From the NCBI GenBank assembly GCA_964538835.1, contig CAZIGZ010000008.1:21788-85787 (forward strand): 64,000 nt of DNA, read 5' to 3'. This DNA is from an uncultured Chitinophaga sp. Lineage in GTDB: Bacteria > Planctomycetota > Planctomycetia > Planctomycetales > Planctomycetaceae. The notes beneath the pieces are model-generated. The model was not told the origin of the DNA and did not search any database. It saw nothing but the letters and a program-made list of their open reading frames with translations. The translations under genes were made by a program, and so were the position numbers. Of the stretch, positions 10,193 to 20,100 are shown piece by piece. Every line of letters begins with the position of its first letter. Within the stretch, counting starts at the first letter, position 1.

Positions 10193-10750
10193 ATGGCAAG
10201 CCGATGCAAGATTACTGTTGACGACATCTTTGACGTTTTCCACGAACGCGGAAATCGCCATTACGGCGAGAACGTCAGCGAACTAGAACACGCTTTGCAA
10301 ACAGCGGAGTTTGCTCGTCAGTATGGCGAAACAGATGCTATGATTGTCGCCTGTCTGCTTCACGATTATGGCCACATGCTGCATGATCTCGGCGAAGACA
10401 TTGCCCGTAAAGGCGTTGACGCCCGTCATGAAGAACTTGGTGCCGTGCTGCTGGCTGACACGTTTCCCGAAGAGATACTCGAACCCATCCGCCAGCACGT
10501 TGCATCAAAACGATATCTGTGCTGGAAGGAAGCTCATTACCTGACTGGCCTGACCGAGTCGTCGCGACGAAGCCTGGAACTTCAGGGCGGCCCGATGTCG
10601 GATCAGGAAGCACACGATTTTGAAAGTCTGCCGCACTTTGAATCCTGTGTGCGACTGCGCCGATACGACGATATGGGCAAAGTCCCGGGCATGCTCACAG
10701 CGACACTTGAGAGTTATCGTTCACTCATCCAGAAGTTTCTGAACGAGTAA
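10193..10750 (+). CDS. phnZ: HD-domain protein of the phosphonate-degradation-associated (PhnZ-like) type
   Basis: 185 aa. HYGENVSELEHALQTAEFARQYGE...ACLLHDYGHML matches my recollection of the PhnZ / TIGR03276 HD pattern and size. Confidence 0.65.
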   Translation: MASRCKITVDDIFDVFHERGNRHYGENVSELEHALQTAEFARQYGETDAMIVACLLHDYGHMLHDLGEDIARKGVDARHEELGAVLLADTFPEEILEPIRQHVASKRYLCWKEAHYLTGLTESSRRSLELQGGPMSDQEAHDFESLPHFESCVRLRRYDDMGKVPGMLTATLESYRSLIQKFLNE

Positions 10751-10818
10751 TGCTGTCGTTCTTGAGCAGCCTTTCGATTTCCGGTAAACACATTCTTCCA
10801 TATCAAGAGGTCTTTTCC

Positions 10819-12393
10819 ATGACTCGTATTGATCAGCGACTCCGCAGGTTTCAGCAGTCTCGCCGCCAGATGATTCTGGCTGGTGCTTCGATGGCCGCAC
10901 TTTCAATGCTGGGGCGAGAAGTGCAAGGATTGCCTTTGCGTCGTCTGTCGTTTGTGAACAATCCGTTTTCTCTGGGAGTTGCATCAGGAGATCCGGACAG
11001 CAACAGTGTTGTGCTCTGGACGCGTCTGGCGCCATCTCCCATGGATGGTGGCGGGATGACTCCGGAAACAGTGGAGGTACAGTGGGAGATCGCAGCAGAT
11101 GAAGGCTTCCGGACAATCCTGCAGAGTGGCAAGGCTCTGGCGACTCCTCAGCTGGGCCATTCTGTTCATGTCGAGGTGAACGGACTGAACCCGGAGACAT
11201 GGTACTGGTACCGATTCCATTGCGGTGATGCGACAAGCCGCACCGGCCGAACCCGCACGATGCCGATCAGCACAGCATTGCCTTCTCAGCTGCGTTTTGC
11301 CTTCGCCTCATGTCAGCACTACGAGACGGGTCTGTACACGGCCTATGAACACATGGCGAAGGAGCCACTCGATCTGGTACTGCACCTTGGCGATTATATC
11401 TACGAATACGCCGGCATCGATGAACGCGTTCGAAAGCATGCCGGCAAAGAGATCGTGGCGCTCGATGACTACCGGACCCGCTATGCTCAGTATCGCCTTG
11501 ATACACACCTTCAAACCATGCATTCGTTGTGTCCCTGGGCCGTTGTGTGGGACGACCATGAATTCGACAACAATTGTGCCGGCGATATTTCCGAAGAAGC
11601 GAATGTCTCTCGGGATGATTATCTGCTGCGGCGAGCCAACGCATATCAGGCCTACTATGAGAGCATGCCGCTTCGCCGGTCAGCGCTTCCCACAGGGCCG
11701 GACATGATCCTCTATCGAACCATCGACTTCGGCCGGCTGGCACGATTGGAAATGCTGGACACCCGACAGTATCGCACCGATCAGCCCAACGGAGATGGTC
11801 TGAAGCCGCTGGAAGGAGACGTGCTGAATCCAAATGCGACGCTGCTGGGACAGCAACAGGAACGCTGGCTCATGGCCGAACTTCTGCGATCACGGGCATC
11901 ATGGAACGTGCTGGCTCAGCAGATCATGATGGCACGAGTCGATCGCGATCCTGCACAGGAAGCCAGATTCAGCATGGACCAGTGGGCCGGCTACGACGTC
12001 GCGCGCAAGCGTCTGCTCAGTTTCCTGGAGACTCGCAGAGTCCCCAACCCGGTTGTTCTGACCGGCGACATTCATTCCAACTGGGCGAACGATCTCAATG
12101 TGGACTTCGACAGCGAACAGTCGCCTGTCGTCGCTGCAGAGTTTGTTGGGACGTCAATTTCATCGGGCGGCAACGGGACTCAGGCCCCGAAAGGCCAGGC
12201 CGAAATGCTGGCTCAGAATCCCTTCGTGAAGTTCCAGAACGCGGAACGCGGATACGTCAGCTGCACGGTCACTCCGAAAGAATGGAAGAGCGACTACCAG
12301 GTCGTCGAGTACGTCGACAAGCCCGGCGCCCCACTCATCACCCGCGCGTCCTTCGTCGTCGAAGCCGGCCAGCGAGGCCTCCGAAGAGCATAG
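10819..12393 (+). CDS. phoD: Alkaline phosphatase D (PhoD family), Tat-exported
   Basis: Twin-arginine leader RLRRFQQSRRQMILAGASMAAL. PhoD signature NPFSLGVASGDPDSNSVVLWTRL, plus HLGDYIYEY and WDDHEFDNN metallophosphatase blocks. ATG 10819 is preceded by a GAGG-like site. Confidence 0.9.
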   Translation: MTRIDQRLRRFQQSRRQMILAGASMAALSMLGREVQGLPLRRLSFVNNPFSLGVASGDPDSNSVVLWTRLAPSPMDGGGMTPETVEVQWEIAADEGFRTILQSGKALATPQLGHSVHVEVNGLNPETWYWYRFHCGDATSRTGRTRTMPISTALPSQLRFAFASCQHYETGLYTAYEHMAKEPLDLVLHLGDYIYEYAGIDERVRKHAGKEIVALDDYRTRYAQYRLDTHLQTMHSLCPWAVVWDDHEFDNNCAGDISEEANVSRDDYLLRRANAYQAYYESMPLRRSALPTGPDMILYRTIDFGRLARLEMLDTRQYRTDQPNGDGLKPLEGDVLNPNATLLGQQQERWLMAELLRSRASWNVLAQQIMMARVDRDPAQEARFSMDQWAGYDVARKRLLSFLETRRVPNPVVLTGDIHSNWANDLNVDFDSEQSPVVAAEFVGTSISSGGNGTQAPKGQAEMLAQNPFVKFQNAERGYVSCTVTPKEWKSDYQVVEYVDKPGAPLITRASFVVEAGQRGLRRA

Positions 12394-12479
12394 CCACTCG
12401 CGCGCAACAAGGATAAATCCACAAGTAAAAACACTATGTTTTTGGGTCAAGGTGCCTGGCACCTGAACTCAAGGATCAA

Positions 12480-13562
12480 CTACTGATCAGTTCGGACACC
12501 AATACGAATGTTCACCGGGCTCTGGGCGTCCTTTACGGCCTCGTGGACCTGATGTAAGGGGTACCAGCGGGTGACCATGTCTCGAAACGGGAAGGTCTCG
12601 GCGCTGTGCAGGAATTGGATGGCTGCGGAAAGATGGGTTGGGCCGTAGTTGTGGATGCCTCGAATGGTCAGGTTCCGTCGGACGATCTGTTCGAGGGCAA
12701 GGGGAACCGGGTCAGACGGAAAGACGGCACCGACAAGGACCATCGTGGCCCCCAACCGCAGCTGGGGCCAGAGCGACCGGAAGGCATCCGGTGCTCCGGA
12801 GACCTCCAGTGCCAGGTCGACTCCATGTCCATGTGTCGTTTCACGGACCACTGAGGGAAGATCGTCGGGGGCAACCGCGTGCGTCGCGCCAAAGGAAGAG
12901 GCTTGATGCCGACGGAACTCTGATGGATCCACAACAATGACACCTTCAGCATTACGGGATCGCGCGATTGCGGCGGCGGTCAGGCCGAGCAACCCCGCTC
13001 CGGTGATGCAGACCACTTGATGACGCAAAGTCTCGAACGACTCCATGGCGGCCACGATCGTTGCAGTAGCGCAGCTGGCGGGACAAACGGTTTCGACATC
13101 CAGTGCATCCGGAACGCGAAGGATGGCCGTTCCTTCGGCCAGGAGACAATGTTCCGCAAGCCCTCCCAGAAGTTCATAGCCAGGCCGAAACGCCTCATGG
13201 CCGTACTTCACAGACCTTAGACACTTCTGAGGAAGCTGACGCTGGCAGTAGAAACACTTTCCGCAGGACGCCACGATACTCCAGACGACACGACATCCCT
13301 CTGTGAGCACCTCGCCATTGACATCCGCGCGAAGTGCACCGGGACCAAAGGCCTCGATGCGCCCAACGATCTCGTGTCCGAGGACAGTCGGCACAGGGAC
13401 TCTTCGCCGGCCTTCGATACTGTGAAGATCACTGCCGCACAGAGTACACGCTTCAACTCGAACGAGGACTTCTTTTCCCTGAGGGCTGGGCGTGGGAATT
13501 TCCTTCAGCACAAGCTGCCCGGGAACGCCCTCAAACACGGCGGCTTTCGATTTTCTAAGCAT
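12480..13562 (-). CDS. Zinc-dependent alcohol dehydrogenase (MDR), phosphonate-catabolism-associated type
   Basis: ACTLCGSDLHS, GHEIVG, the structural Zn cluster CGKCFYCQ, and NAD motif ITGAGLLGL. Context next to phnX genes recalls TIGR03366. Confidence 0.8.
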   Translation of the reverse strand: MLRKSKAAVFEGVPGQLVLKEIPTPSPQGKEVLVRVEACTLCGSDLHSIEGRRRVPVPTVLGHEIVGRIEAFGPGALRADVNGEVLTEGCRVVWSIVASCGKCFYCQRQLPQKCLRSVKYGHEAFRPGYELLGGLAEHCLLAEGTAILRVPDALDVETVCPASCATATIVAAMESFETLRHQVVCITGAGLLGLTAAAIARSRNAEGVIVVDPSEFRRHQASSFGATHAVAPDDLPSVVRETTHGHGVDLALEVSGAPDAFRSLWPQLRLGATMVLVGAVFPSDPVPLALEQIVRRNLTIRGIHNYGPTHLSAAIQFLHSAETFPFRDMVTRWYPLHQVHEAVKDAQSPVNIRIGVRTDQ

Positions 13563-14874
13563 TCTTGTTCTGATCCTCGATCGCCTGACGAACCTGGTTC
13601 GTCACTGCCAGAATCCTGGCGGAGCCAAAGTACCAAAGACTGAAGATTGTCAGGATGATGGAGCATCCGGCAGTGATCCAGCAGGCGGCCACAAAGAACG
13701 GAAGGAAGTTTCCATCCTGATGAAACAGGTTCTTGTAGAACATGCAGCCAACGTATCCAAGGTACCCTGTCGAATCCGCGAGATACATCAGAAAGCCCAC
13801 GTTGCCTCGGCTGCGAGTCATCGCGATCAGTCTTTCGAACACCGTTGCATGGACGGCGACATACGGAAGATAAAGACCAAGTCCGATCAGCACCATAAAG
13901 GAAAAGGCGGCGATTCCGGACGAGCGGAGGCTCAGTGCGGCGACGATCATCACGAACCCCGCGAGGCATGTCAGCAGCGAAATTCTGAATGCCATACGAT
14001 TGTTGTGAACCAGCACCAGGCAACCATTGACAATCAGCACACCCAGTGCGACCAGGATCTCGGACGTGGTGAAGGTCGATGGTGCGGCTGGTTCACCAAG
14101 CCCCTTCCAGATTTCCGTTGCGAAGTCCGCTCGAAGGCTCCGAAGAATCGTCACCAGAAGGTACATCAGCACAATCGCCGCCAGACCGGTCCCAAACTGT
14201 CGCATCATGAGCCAGCGGTCGTCTCGACCCATCTGGACTCGTTCTGCTCGTTCGGTGATATCCTGCTCAGATGGAGGTGGCGTTTTCACAAGAACCGAAA
14301 CGGCCAGCAGCAAAGGCACGACAAAAAGTGCACCGGCGGCCGCGGGCATCCAGTCCTCGGCGATTCCGGCATTCAGCAGCCACGCCCCAACGGACTTTGT
14401 CGCACCGTCCGCGAGAATAAAGCTGGCACACAGTCCGGCGGACAGTGCTTCTGACACACGGCGACCTTCAAGGAACCCCATAACGAGGCCAAACACCATC
14501 CCAAGCGGCACGCCGTTGAGAAACATAAAGACGGCGTTCCAGGGTCGTGGTGTCAGACCGAACAGGATCAGGGCCACTTCGCTGATTCCGATCAGCATCA
14601 GCAGGACGCGAGCCCTTGCGGTGGCTCGCATCTCCGAGATCACCTTGATTCCCATAAACTTGGAGAGCGCGTATCCAAGGACCTGAGACGTCACCAGCAA
14701 GGACTTAAAGCTCAGGCCGAACGTCGTTGTTCCGGAAAACTCCGCGGCAGTAAACGGCTTTCGAAACGCATACATGCAGAAGTAAGTGCTGAACGCCGCG
14801 ACAACCGCGGAAACAGCCCACCATGACTGACGGAGATGCTGCTGATGGTTTAAAGGAGGACGATCATCAGCCAT
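13555..14874 (-). CDS. 12-TM-type membrane transporter (MFS-like / DUF5690-like)
   Basis: 439 aa, hydrophobic throughout. It overlaps the ADH start by 8 nt. The N-terminal FCMYAFRKPFTAAEF block recalls DUF5690 proteins found near AEP genes (from memory). Confidence 0.6.
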   Translation of the reverse strand: MADDRPPLNHQQHLRQSWWAVSAVVAAFSTYFCMYAFRKPFTAAEFSGTTTFGLSFKSLLVTSQVLGYALSKFMGIKVISEMRATARARVLLMLIGISEVALILFGLTPRPWNAVFMFLNGVPLGMVFGLVMGFLEGRRVSEALSAGLCASFILADGATKSVGAWLLNAGIAEDWMPAAAGALFVVPLLLAVSVLVKTPPPSEQDITERAERVQMGRDDRWLMMRQFGTGLAAIVLMYLLVTILRSLRADFATEIWKGLGEPAAPSTFTTSEILVALGVLIVNGCLVLVHNNRMAFRISLLTCLAGFVMIVAALSLRSSGIAAFSFMVLIGLGLYLPYVAVHATVFERLIAMTRSRGNVGFLMYLADSTGYLGYVGCMFYKNLFHQDGNFLPFFVAACWITAGCSIILTIFSLWYFGSARILAVTNQVRQAIEDQNKNA

Positions 14875-15109
14875 GGGCAGGGTCTGAAAGTGGTGCGAAT
14901 CGTGTCACATGACGCCTGGGCGGGTACTCTGAATCTGATGAAATCCGTACGGCATCTGAGAACACAGACTCAGCCAACTTCAGATCCACCAGAACAGGTC
15001 ACACGAGTTTCGGCTGTTTTGTTAAGAACGCGTGTAGACCATGGCGACAGGACTGAACTCCTGATCCCGCCTGCCGATAGACTCCGGAAAAGAACGTCAT
15101 CCCTTCGGG

Positions 15110-16312
15110 ATGAACCGAATACATGCGACCGGAAAAAGAACCGTGAAACCCAGGAAAGTAGCCATCATCGGCGCTGGCATCGTCGGGCTTGCTCACGCAT
15201 GGTCTGCGGCTGATCGAGGCTGTGAAGTCACCGTCTTTGAGCGTCACGCGAAAGCCAGCAGCGCGTCCATCAGAAACTTCGGCATGGTCTGGCCGATCGG
15301 ACAGCCACCCGGAAAACTCTACGATGCCGCGTTGGTCAGTCGAAAGCGATGGCTTGCTTTGGCCGATGACTCACCCATGTGGGTCAATCCGTGTGGCTCC
15401 ATCCATCTGGCTCACCGAGAAGACGAATGGACGGTGCTGCAGGAATTTGCGGAACGTTCCTCTTCACTGGGAATCTCATGCGAATTGATGACGGCGGAAC
15501 AGGTCAGTGCCAGGACCCCGGCCGCCAATACTATCGGGCTTCTTGGAGGTCTTTTTAGCCCACACGAACTGTGCGTCAATCCGCGTGAAGCGATTCGATT
15601 CCTTCCAGTCTGGCTGACTCAGCGCCGTAAAGTTCGCTTTGAGTTCAACACGACGATTGTCGACGTGGACGCGGTCGAGTCCGGGCCGGGCGTGTCGATT
15701 CGAAGTTCCGCCGGGGATCGTTATGACTTCGACATGGTCATCGTGTGCGGTGGTGCTGATCTGCAGACACTGTTTCCGGAAGTCCTTTCAGCCTCGGGAC
15801 TGAAGCTCTGCAAGCTGCAGATGATGAGTATTCGCGATTACGAAACCGGCTGGCGTATCGGTCCTCATCTTGCCAGCGGACTGACGCTGCGGCACTATCG
15901 CAACTTCGAAATCTGTCCGAGTCTGGATGCTTTGAAGAAGCGAATCGCTGAAGAGACTCCGGAACTGGATCACTTCGGAATCCATGTGATGGCATCCCAG
16001 AACAATTACGGCGAGATCATTCTTGGTGACTCGCATGAGTACGGCAACGCGATTGAGCCCTTTGACAAAACACTGATCAATCGGCTGATCCTGCGAGAAC
16101 TGCAGAAGATCCTGAATCTGCCGGACTGGACGATCGCGGAGACATGGCACGGAATCTACGCAAAGCATCCATCTCTGCCTGCTTTTGAAGCCAGCCCGCT
16201 GCCAGGAGTTCGAATATTCACGGGCACTGGAGGCGCTGGGATGACAATGTCCTTTGGCCTGGCGGAACGATGCTGGGATCGATGGCTCTCTGATGAGGAA
16301 CAGTCTGTATGA
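15110..16312 (+). CDS. FAD-dependent oxidoreductase (DAO fold; phosphonate-associated TIGR03364-like)
   Basis: KVAIIGAGIVGLAHAWSAADRGCEVTVFER dinucleotide fold. ATGA overlap with phnX at 16309-16312. Confidence 0.8.
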   Translation: MNRIHATGKRTVKPRKVAIIGAGIVGLAHAWSAADRGCEVTVFERHAKASSASIRNFGMVWPIGQPPGKLYDAALVSRKRWLALADDSPMWVNPCGSIHLAHREDEWTVLQEFAERSSSLGISCELMTAEQVSARTPAANTIGLLGGLFSPHELCVNPREAIRFLPVWLTQRRKVRFEFNTTIVDVDAVESGPGVSIRSSAGDRYDFDMVIVCGGADLQTLFPEVLSASGLKLCKLQMMSIRDYETGWRIGPHLASGLTLRHYRNFEICPSLDALKKRIAEETPELDHFGIHVMASQNNYGEIILGDSHEYGNAIEPFDKTLINRLILRELQKILNLPDWTIAETWHGIYAKHPSLPAFEASPLPGVRIFTGTGGAGMTMSFGLAERCWDRWLSDEEQSV

Positions 16313-17091
16313 AACCGTGGCAGGGCGTAAAGGCCGTACTCTTTGACTGGGCCGGCACAACGGTCGATTACGGAAGCCGGAGTCCGACGCAGGTGTTTGT
16401 GGAGATCTTTCGACGTCGTGGTGTCGAGATCACAGTCGAAGAAGCGCGTGGGCCGATGGGGCGCGCCAAACATGAACACATCGCGATGGTTGCGTCGCTG
16501 CCCCGAATCTCTGCCATGTGGCGGGGTGTTCATGGTCGAGATGTGAACGAAGATGACATTCAGGCGATGTATCACGACTTTCTGCCGCTGCAGAAGGAGA
16601 TTCTTCGCAAAGGAAGCGACGTGATTCCCGGGGTTGCGGAAACAGTCAGCATCCTTCGCAGAAACGGCATTCTGATCGGTTCAACAACGGGCTACACTCG
16701 AGAACTGATGGAGGTCGTTGTTCCCATCGCCGCAGAGCAGGGCTATGCGCCGGATGTTGTCATCTGTTCTGATGATGTGCCCGCAGGACGCCCTGCACCG
16801 TGGATGAATCTGCTTGCGGCTCAACGCCTGGGAGTCTATCCGATCAGCAGCATTGTCGCCGTGGATGACACGCCCGTTGGGATTGAAGCGGGCCGCAACG
16901 CCGGTATGAGAACCATTGGTGTGACTCTCACAGGCAATCTGACCGGCCTTTCAGAATCCGAAGTGCAGGGGCTGACAGAAGTCGAACGAGACCGCATTAT
17001 GGCGACGGCCGGTGATGCGTTCACTCAGGCCGGCGCCGATCTTGTGCTGCCATCCGTTACCCGGCTGCCAGGGGTTCTGGGGATTCACTGA
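16309..17091 (+). CDS. phnX: Phosphonoacetaldehyde hydrolase (phosphonatase)
   Basis: HAD motif I in the PhnX form VLFDWAGTTVDYGS, followed by ARGPMGRAKHEHI (catalytic Lys region) and AVDDTPVGIEAGRNAG. Confidence 0.9.
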   Translation: MKPWQGVKAVLFDWAGTTVDYGSRSPTQVFVEIFRRRGVEITVEEARGPMGRAKHEHIAMVASLPRISAMWRGVHGRDVNEDDIQAMYHDFLPLQKEILRKGSDVIPGVAETVSILRRNGILIGSTTGYTRELMEVVVPIAAEQGYAPDVVICSDDVPAGRPAPWMNLLAAQRLGVYPISSIVAVDDTPVGIEAGRNAGMRTIGVTLTGNLTGLSESEVQGLTEVERDRIMATAGDAFTQAGADLVLPSVTRLPGVLGIH

Positions 17092-17137
17092 GTCTTCAGC
17101 GAGACTTCCGATGCGAGCAGATCCAGCACCGCGTCGA

Positions 17138-20100
17138 TCATTCACTGGCTGGTTCGTTAACACTCGCTGGTGCGTCAACCCTGACAGGCTCGTCAACCCT
17201 GACAGGCTCGTCAGCGATGACGCTCACAGACTTCGATTCGGCAGCAGGCTGATTCTGCTTCTTTGCTTTGGAATCGCGATCGTCCTTTTGCTGGCCTTTG
17301 GGCTCTTTTGCTTCCGGCTTCGAAGACTCCTTTTTGACTTCTGCAAAGAAGCCATCCATCCGCCAGCTCTTCAGCCGGTTGTCTTCTCCGGATGACAGCA
17401 GATACTTGCCGTTACCAGAGAAGGACATGCCAGAAACCGGTCCCGTGTGGGCGGGAAACTGCCGCGGTTTTCGAACAGGAACCCGCAGATCCATGGCCCA
17501 GATAACGCCTTCTGCGTCACCAGCGAGAGCCCAGTTGCCGTCCGGAGAAAATTCGACAACGGGTCGATGTCCCTGAAAATCCGGAATAGCCTGCGAAAAC
17601 TCCACAGTTCCCTTCTTGAGATTCACAATCAGAATACCGGTCTTTGTCAGAAGTGCGATTCTGTTGTCCTGGCCACTCACAAAGATGAACGGGCGACTGG
17701 TAATTTCAAAATCCAGGGCCGCATCGCTCGCGGAAATTACGATGGCCTGATCGAGTGGCCACTTGTCTTTGATCTTCTTCAGAATCCGAAGTTGCTTTGT
17801 ACCACCGTAATTGCCATACACAGCCATCAAATTACCTGATGGAGAAAACTGCATGACGGTCGCGCCGGGAATCTGATCTGTTGTATTTCGCTGAGCTTCA
17901 TCCAGCTTTCCGGCAACGGACTCTTTCAGAAGTTCAGACTTCAGCTGAAACGTCACCGGATCCAGTTCCAGCAGACGCACAAGATCACGCTCACGCACGC
18001 TCACGTAAAGGGACTTGCCATCCGTTGAATACGTCATCGCCGTCACAGCGGCTTCGAAAAGCTCCAGGCCGGCGGAAATGTCGCCTGTGGTTGGATCCAG
18101 CTTCTTCAAGGTCTTACCCAGTTGTCCCGGCAGGCCGAATTCTCCAAAAACGATTGAGCGACCGTCCGGGACTACAGCGAAAGAAGTATGCCTGCTCTGT
18201 GGCTCCGATGCGAATCGACCAGTCATCAGACTCAACTGAGCATCCCCGGTTGAGGAATAGACTGCGGCGCGGTCAAAATAAACGCCAAGCTGTCGAAACT
18301 GTCCCGGCTGTGTCCAGCGTCGAAGCACGGTTCCCGTTGGCAGGTCCCATGCTGTAATCGCTTCAGCCCGATCGAGCGGAGGTGCCGGCAGATCGCCCTG
18401 GCGATGGAGGGCAATGGCCGTCATTCCATCATCCGACAGGTGCAGCAATACCCGCTGCCACGGTGAAATCGAGTAGTTAAACTCTGTAGGAATTTCATAC
18501 TGCTTCTGAACGATTCCGGACTCAGCATCCGGCTCCGGCTGAGAAAGCTGCTGTGCTCGTGTCCCGTTACCCACGTGCTTCAATAGTTCGATTCGGACCG
18601 GCATTGACCGGTCTGACTTGACCGTTCGAAGCTGATGTTCCCTGAGAGCCAGAACGGGATCAGATGGTCGAAGGTTGATCAGGCTTTGGTCGGGAACGAC
18701 CGCCACGGGCGTTACCTTTCGCACCGGTCGAGTCGACTTGCCGGCCTGCGGTGTTGTTTGGGCTGGATCTTCCGCAACTTCGGCAATCGATTCATCAATC
18801 GGAAGCTGATATGTTCGCTCGTAACCTTCTCCCGTCCTTCCGGCAGCGTAAGGCATATCAAACAGCAACACTTTTCGATCCATTCCAAACGAGACAACGC
18901 CCGCTTTCGACAAAAGAATCTCGTAGACAGGCCCCTGGTGTCGCTGCGACGAAACCTCGATTTTCTTCTCCTGAGTATTAATGCGACCGATGAAGCCTTC
19001 CAGACTGCCCGCGTACAGAACCGTCGAACCCGGGAAGTGTTTCAGGCAGGTAATAGCACCACGAGTGTCTTCGACTTCTGGCACGAACACGGTGTCATAG
19101 TCAACCGGATTCCCCTGATCGTCGGCACCCTTGACAGACTCCGCTCCTTCGCCAAAAGAGCGACGGATAATTCTCCCGTCGGCAAGACCAGCAAAGATCT
19201 CCGGGCGACCTTCGTAGAATTCAATACATACAGGCTGAGTATTCGCGAACTGCTCGGCCTTCAGAGTCGCCACAACAGCTCCGGTTTCGGTATTCAGAAT
19301 GACAACTTCTTCCGCCGACGTTACGACGGCCGCCAGTTGCCGCTCTGATGAATATGAGATACTCAGAATTCGAAAGCCTGCCAGCTGGACTGTGGTTTGT
19401 GCTACAGGCTTGAAAGATTCACCTTCTGCAGACTTTGCCTTTTCAGGAGTGACAGCCTGTATGTCCTCCGGCTCTCGAACAATGTCAGCAAAATTCCAGA
19501 GTGCACACAGGCTATTCCCATCAACCGTCAACACCTTTCCATTGGGAAAACAGCGAATAGCGACGATGGCCTCGTCGGACAATCTTGCGACGGCTCGCCG
19601 CTCTTCCTGAAACAGAAAGAAGTCCCTGGCATAAAGGTCCAATTCAGCCATACCGGCCGTACTTCGAACCAGCAATCGTCCGTCCGTTGTGCCAAAGAGA
19701 GCCTTTGTCCCGTCCGACGAAAGTTCAACCGCGTTGATCAACCCCGGCAGGCTCTCAATCGACTGCATTACGGGTTCAGGCGGTGTGACCAGAATGACCT
19801 CATCTGGTCGAACAGGAAGATAGTCAATCTGTGTTGTCAAAACTCCTGCACTTCGTTCCCCGGAAGACCCAATCAGACGGGTTGCACCCGGAGTGGATGA
19901 CGCGAAAAACTTTCGAGTCAGTTTGCTGACCAGCTGTAACCACTGCGGCGCTGAGATGGCCGTTCTGCCGAACCGAGTCAAAGCTGCTGGCGCCTCAGGA
20001 TTCGCAGCTGCTGTGTCGGGTGTCGATCCCTTGAGCGCCGCAAGTAGTCCTCCCGCATTGCCCATCACACCCTGTTCACTGTTCTCTTCCTTCTTCTTCT

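Noticed and set aside
13492-14454. 320-aa plus-strand ORF
   Set aside because: It is antisense to the 12-TM transporter. The product is highly basic and low-complexity, while the minus frame gives coherent TM helices.
17174-17213. Tandem repeat as a possible CRISPR or minisatellite array
   Set aside because: There are only 2.2 contiguous copies of 18 bp with no spacers, and the repeat lies inside a coding frame.
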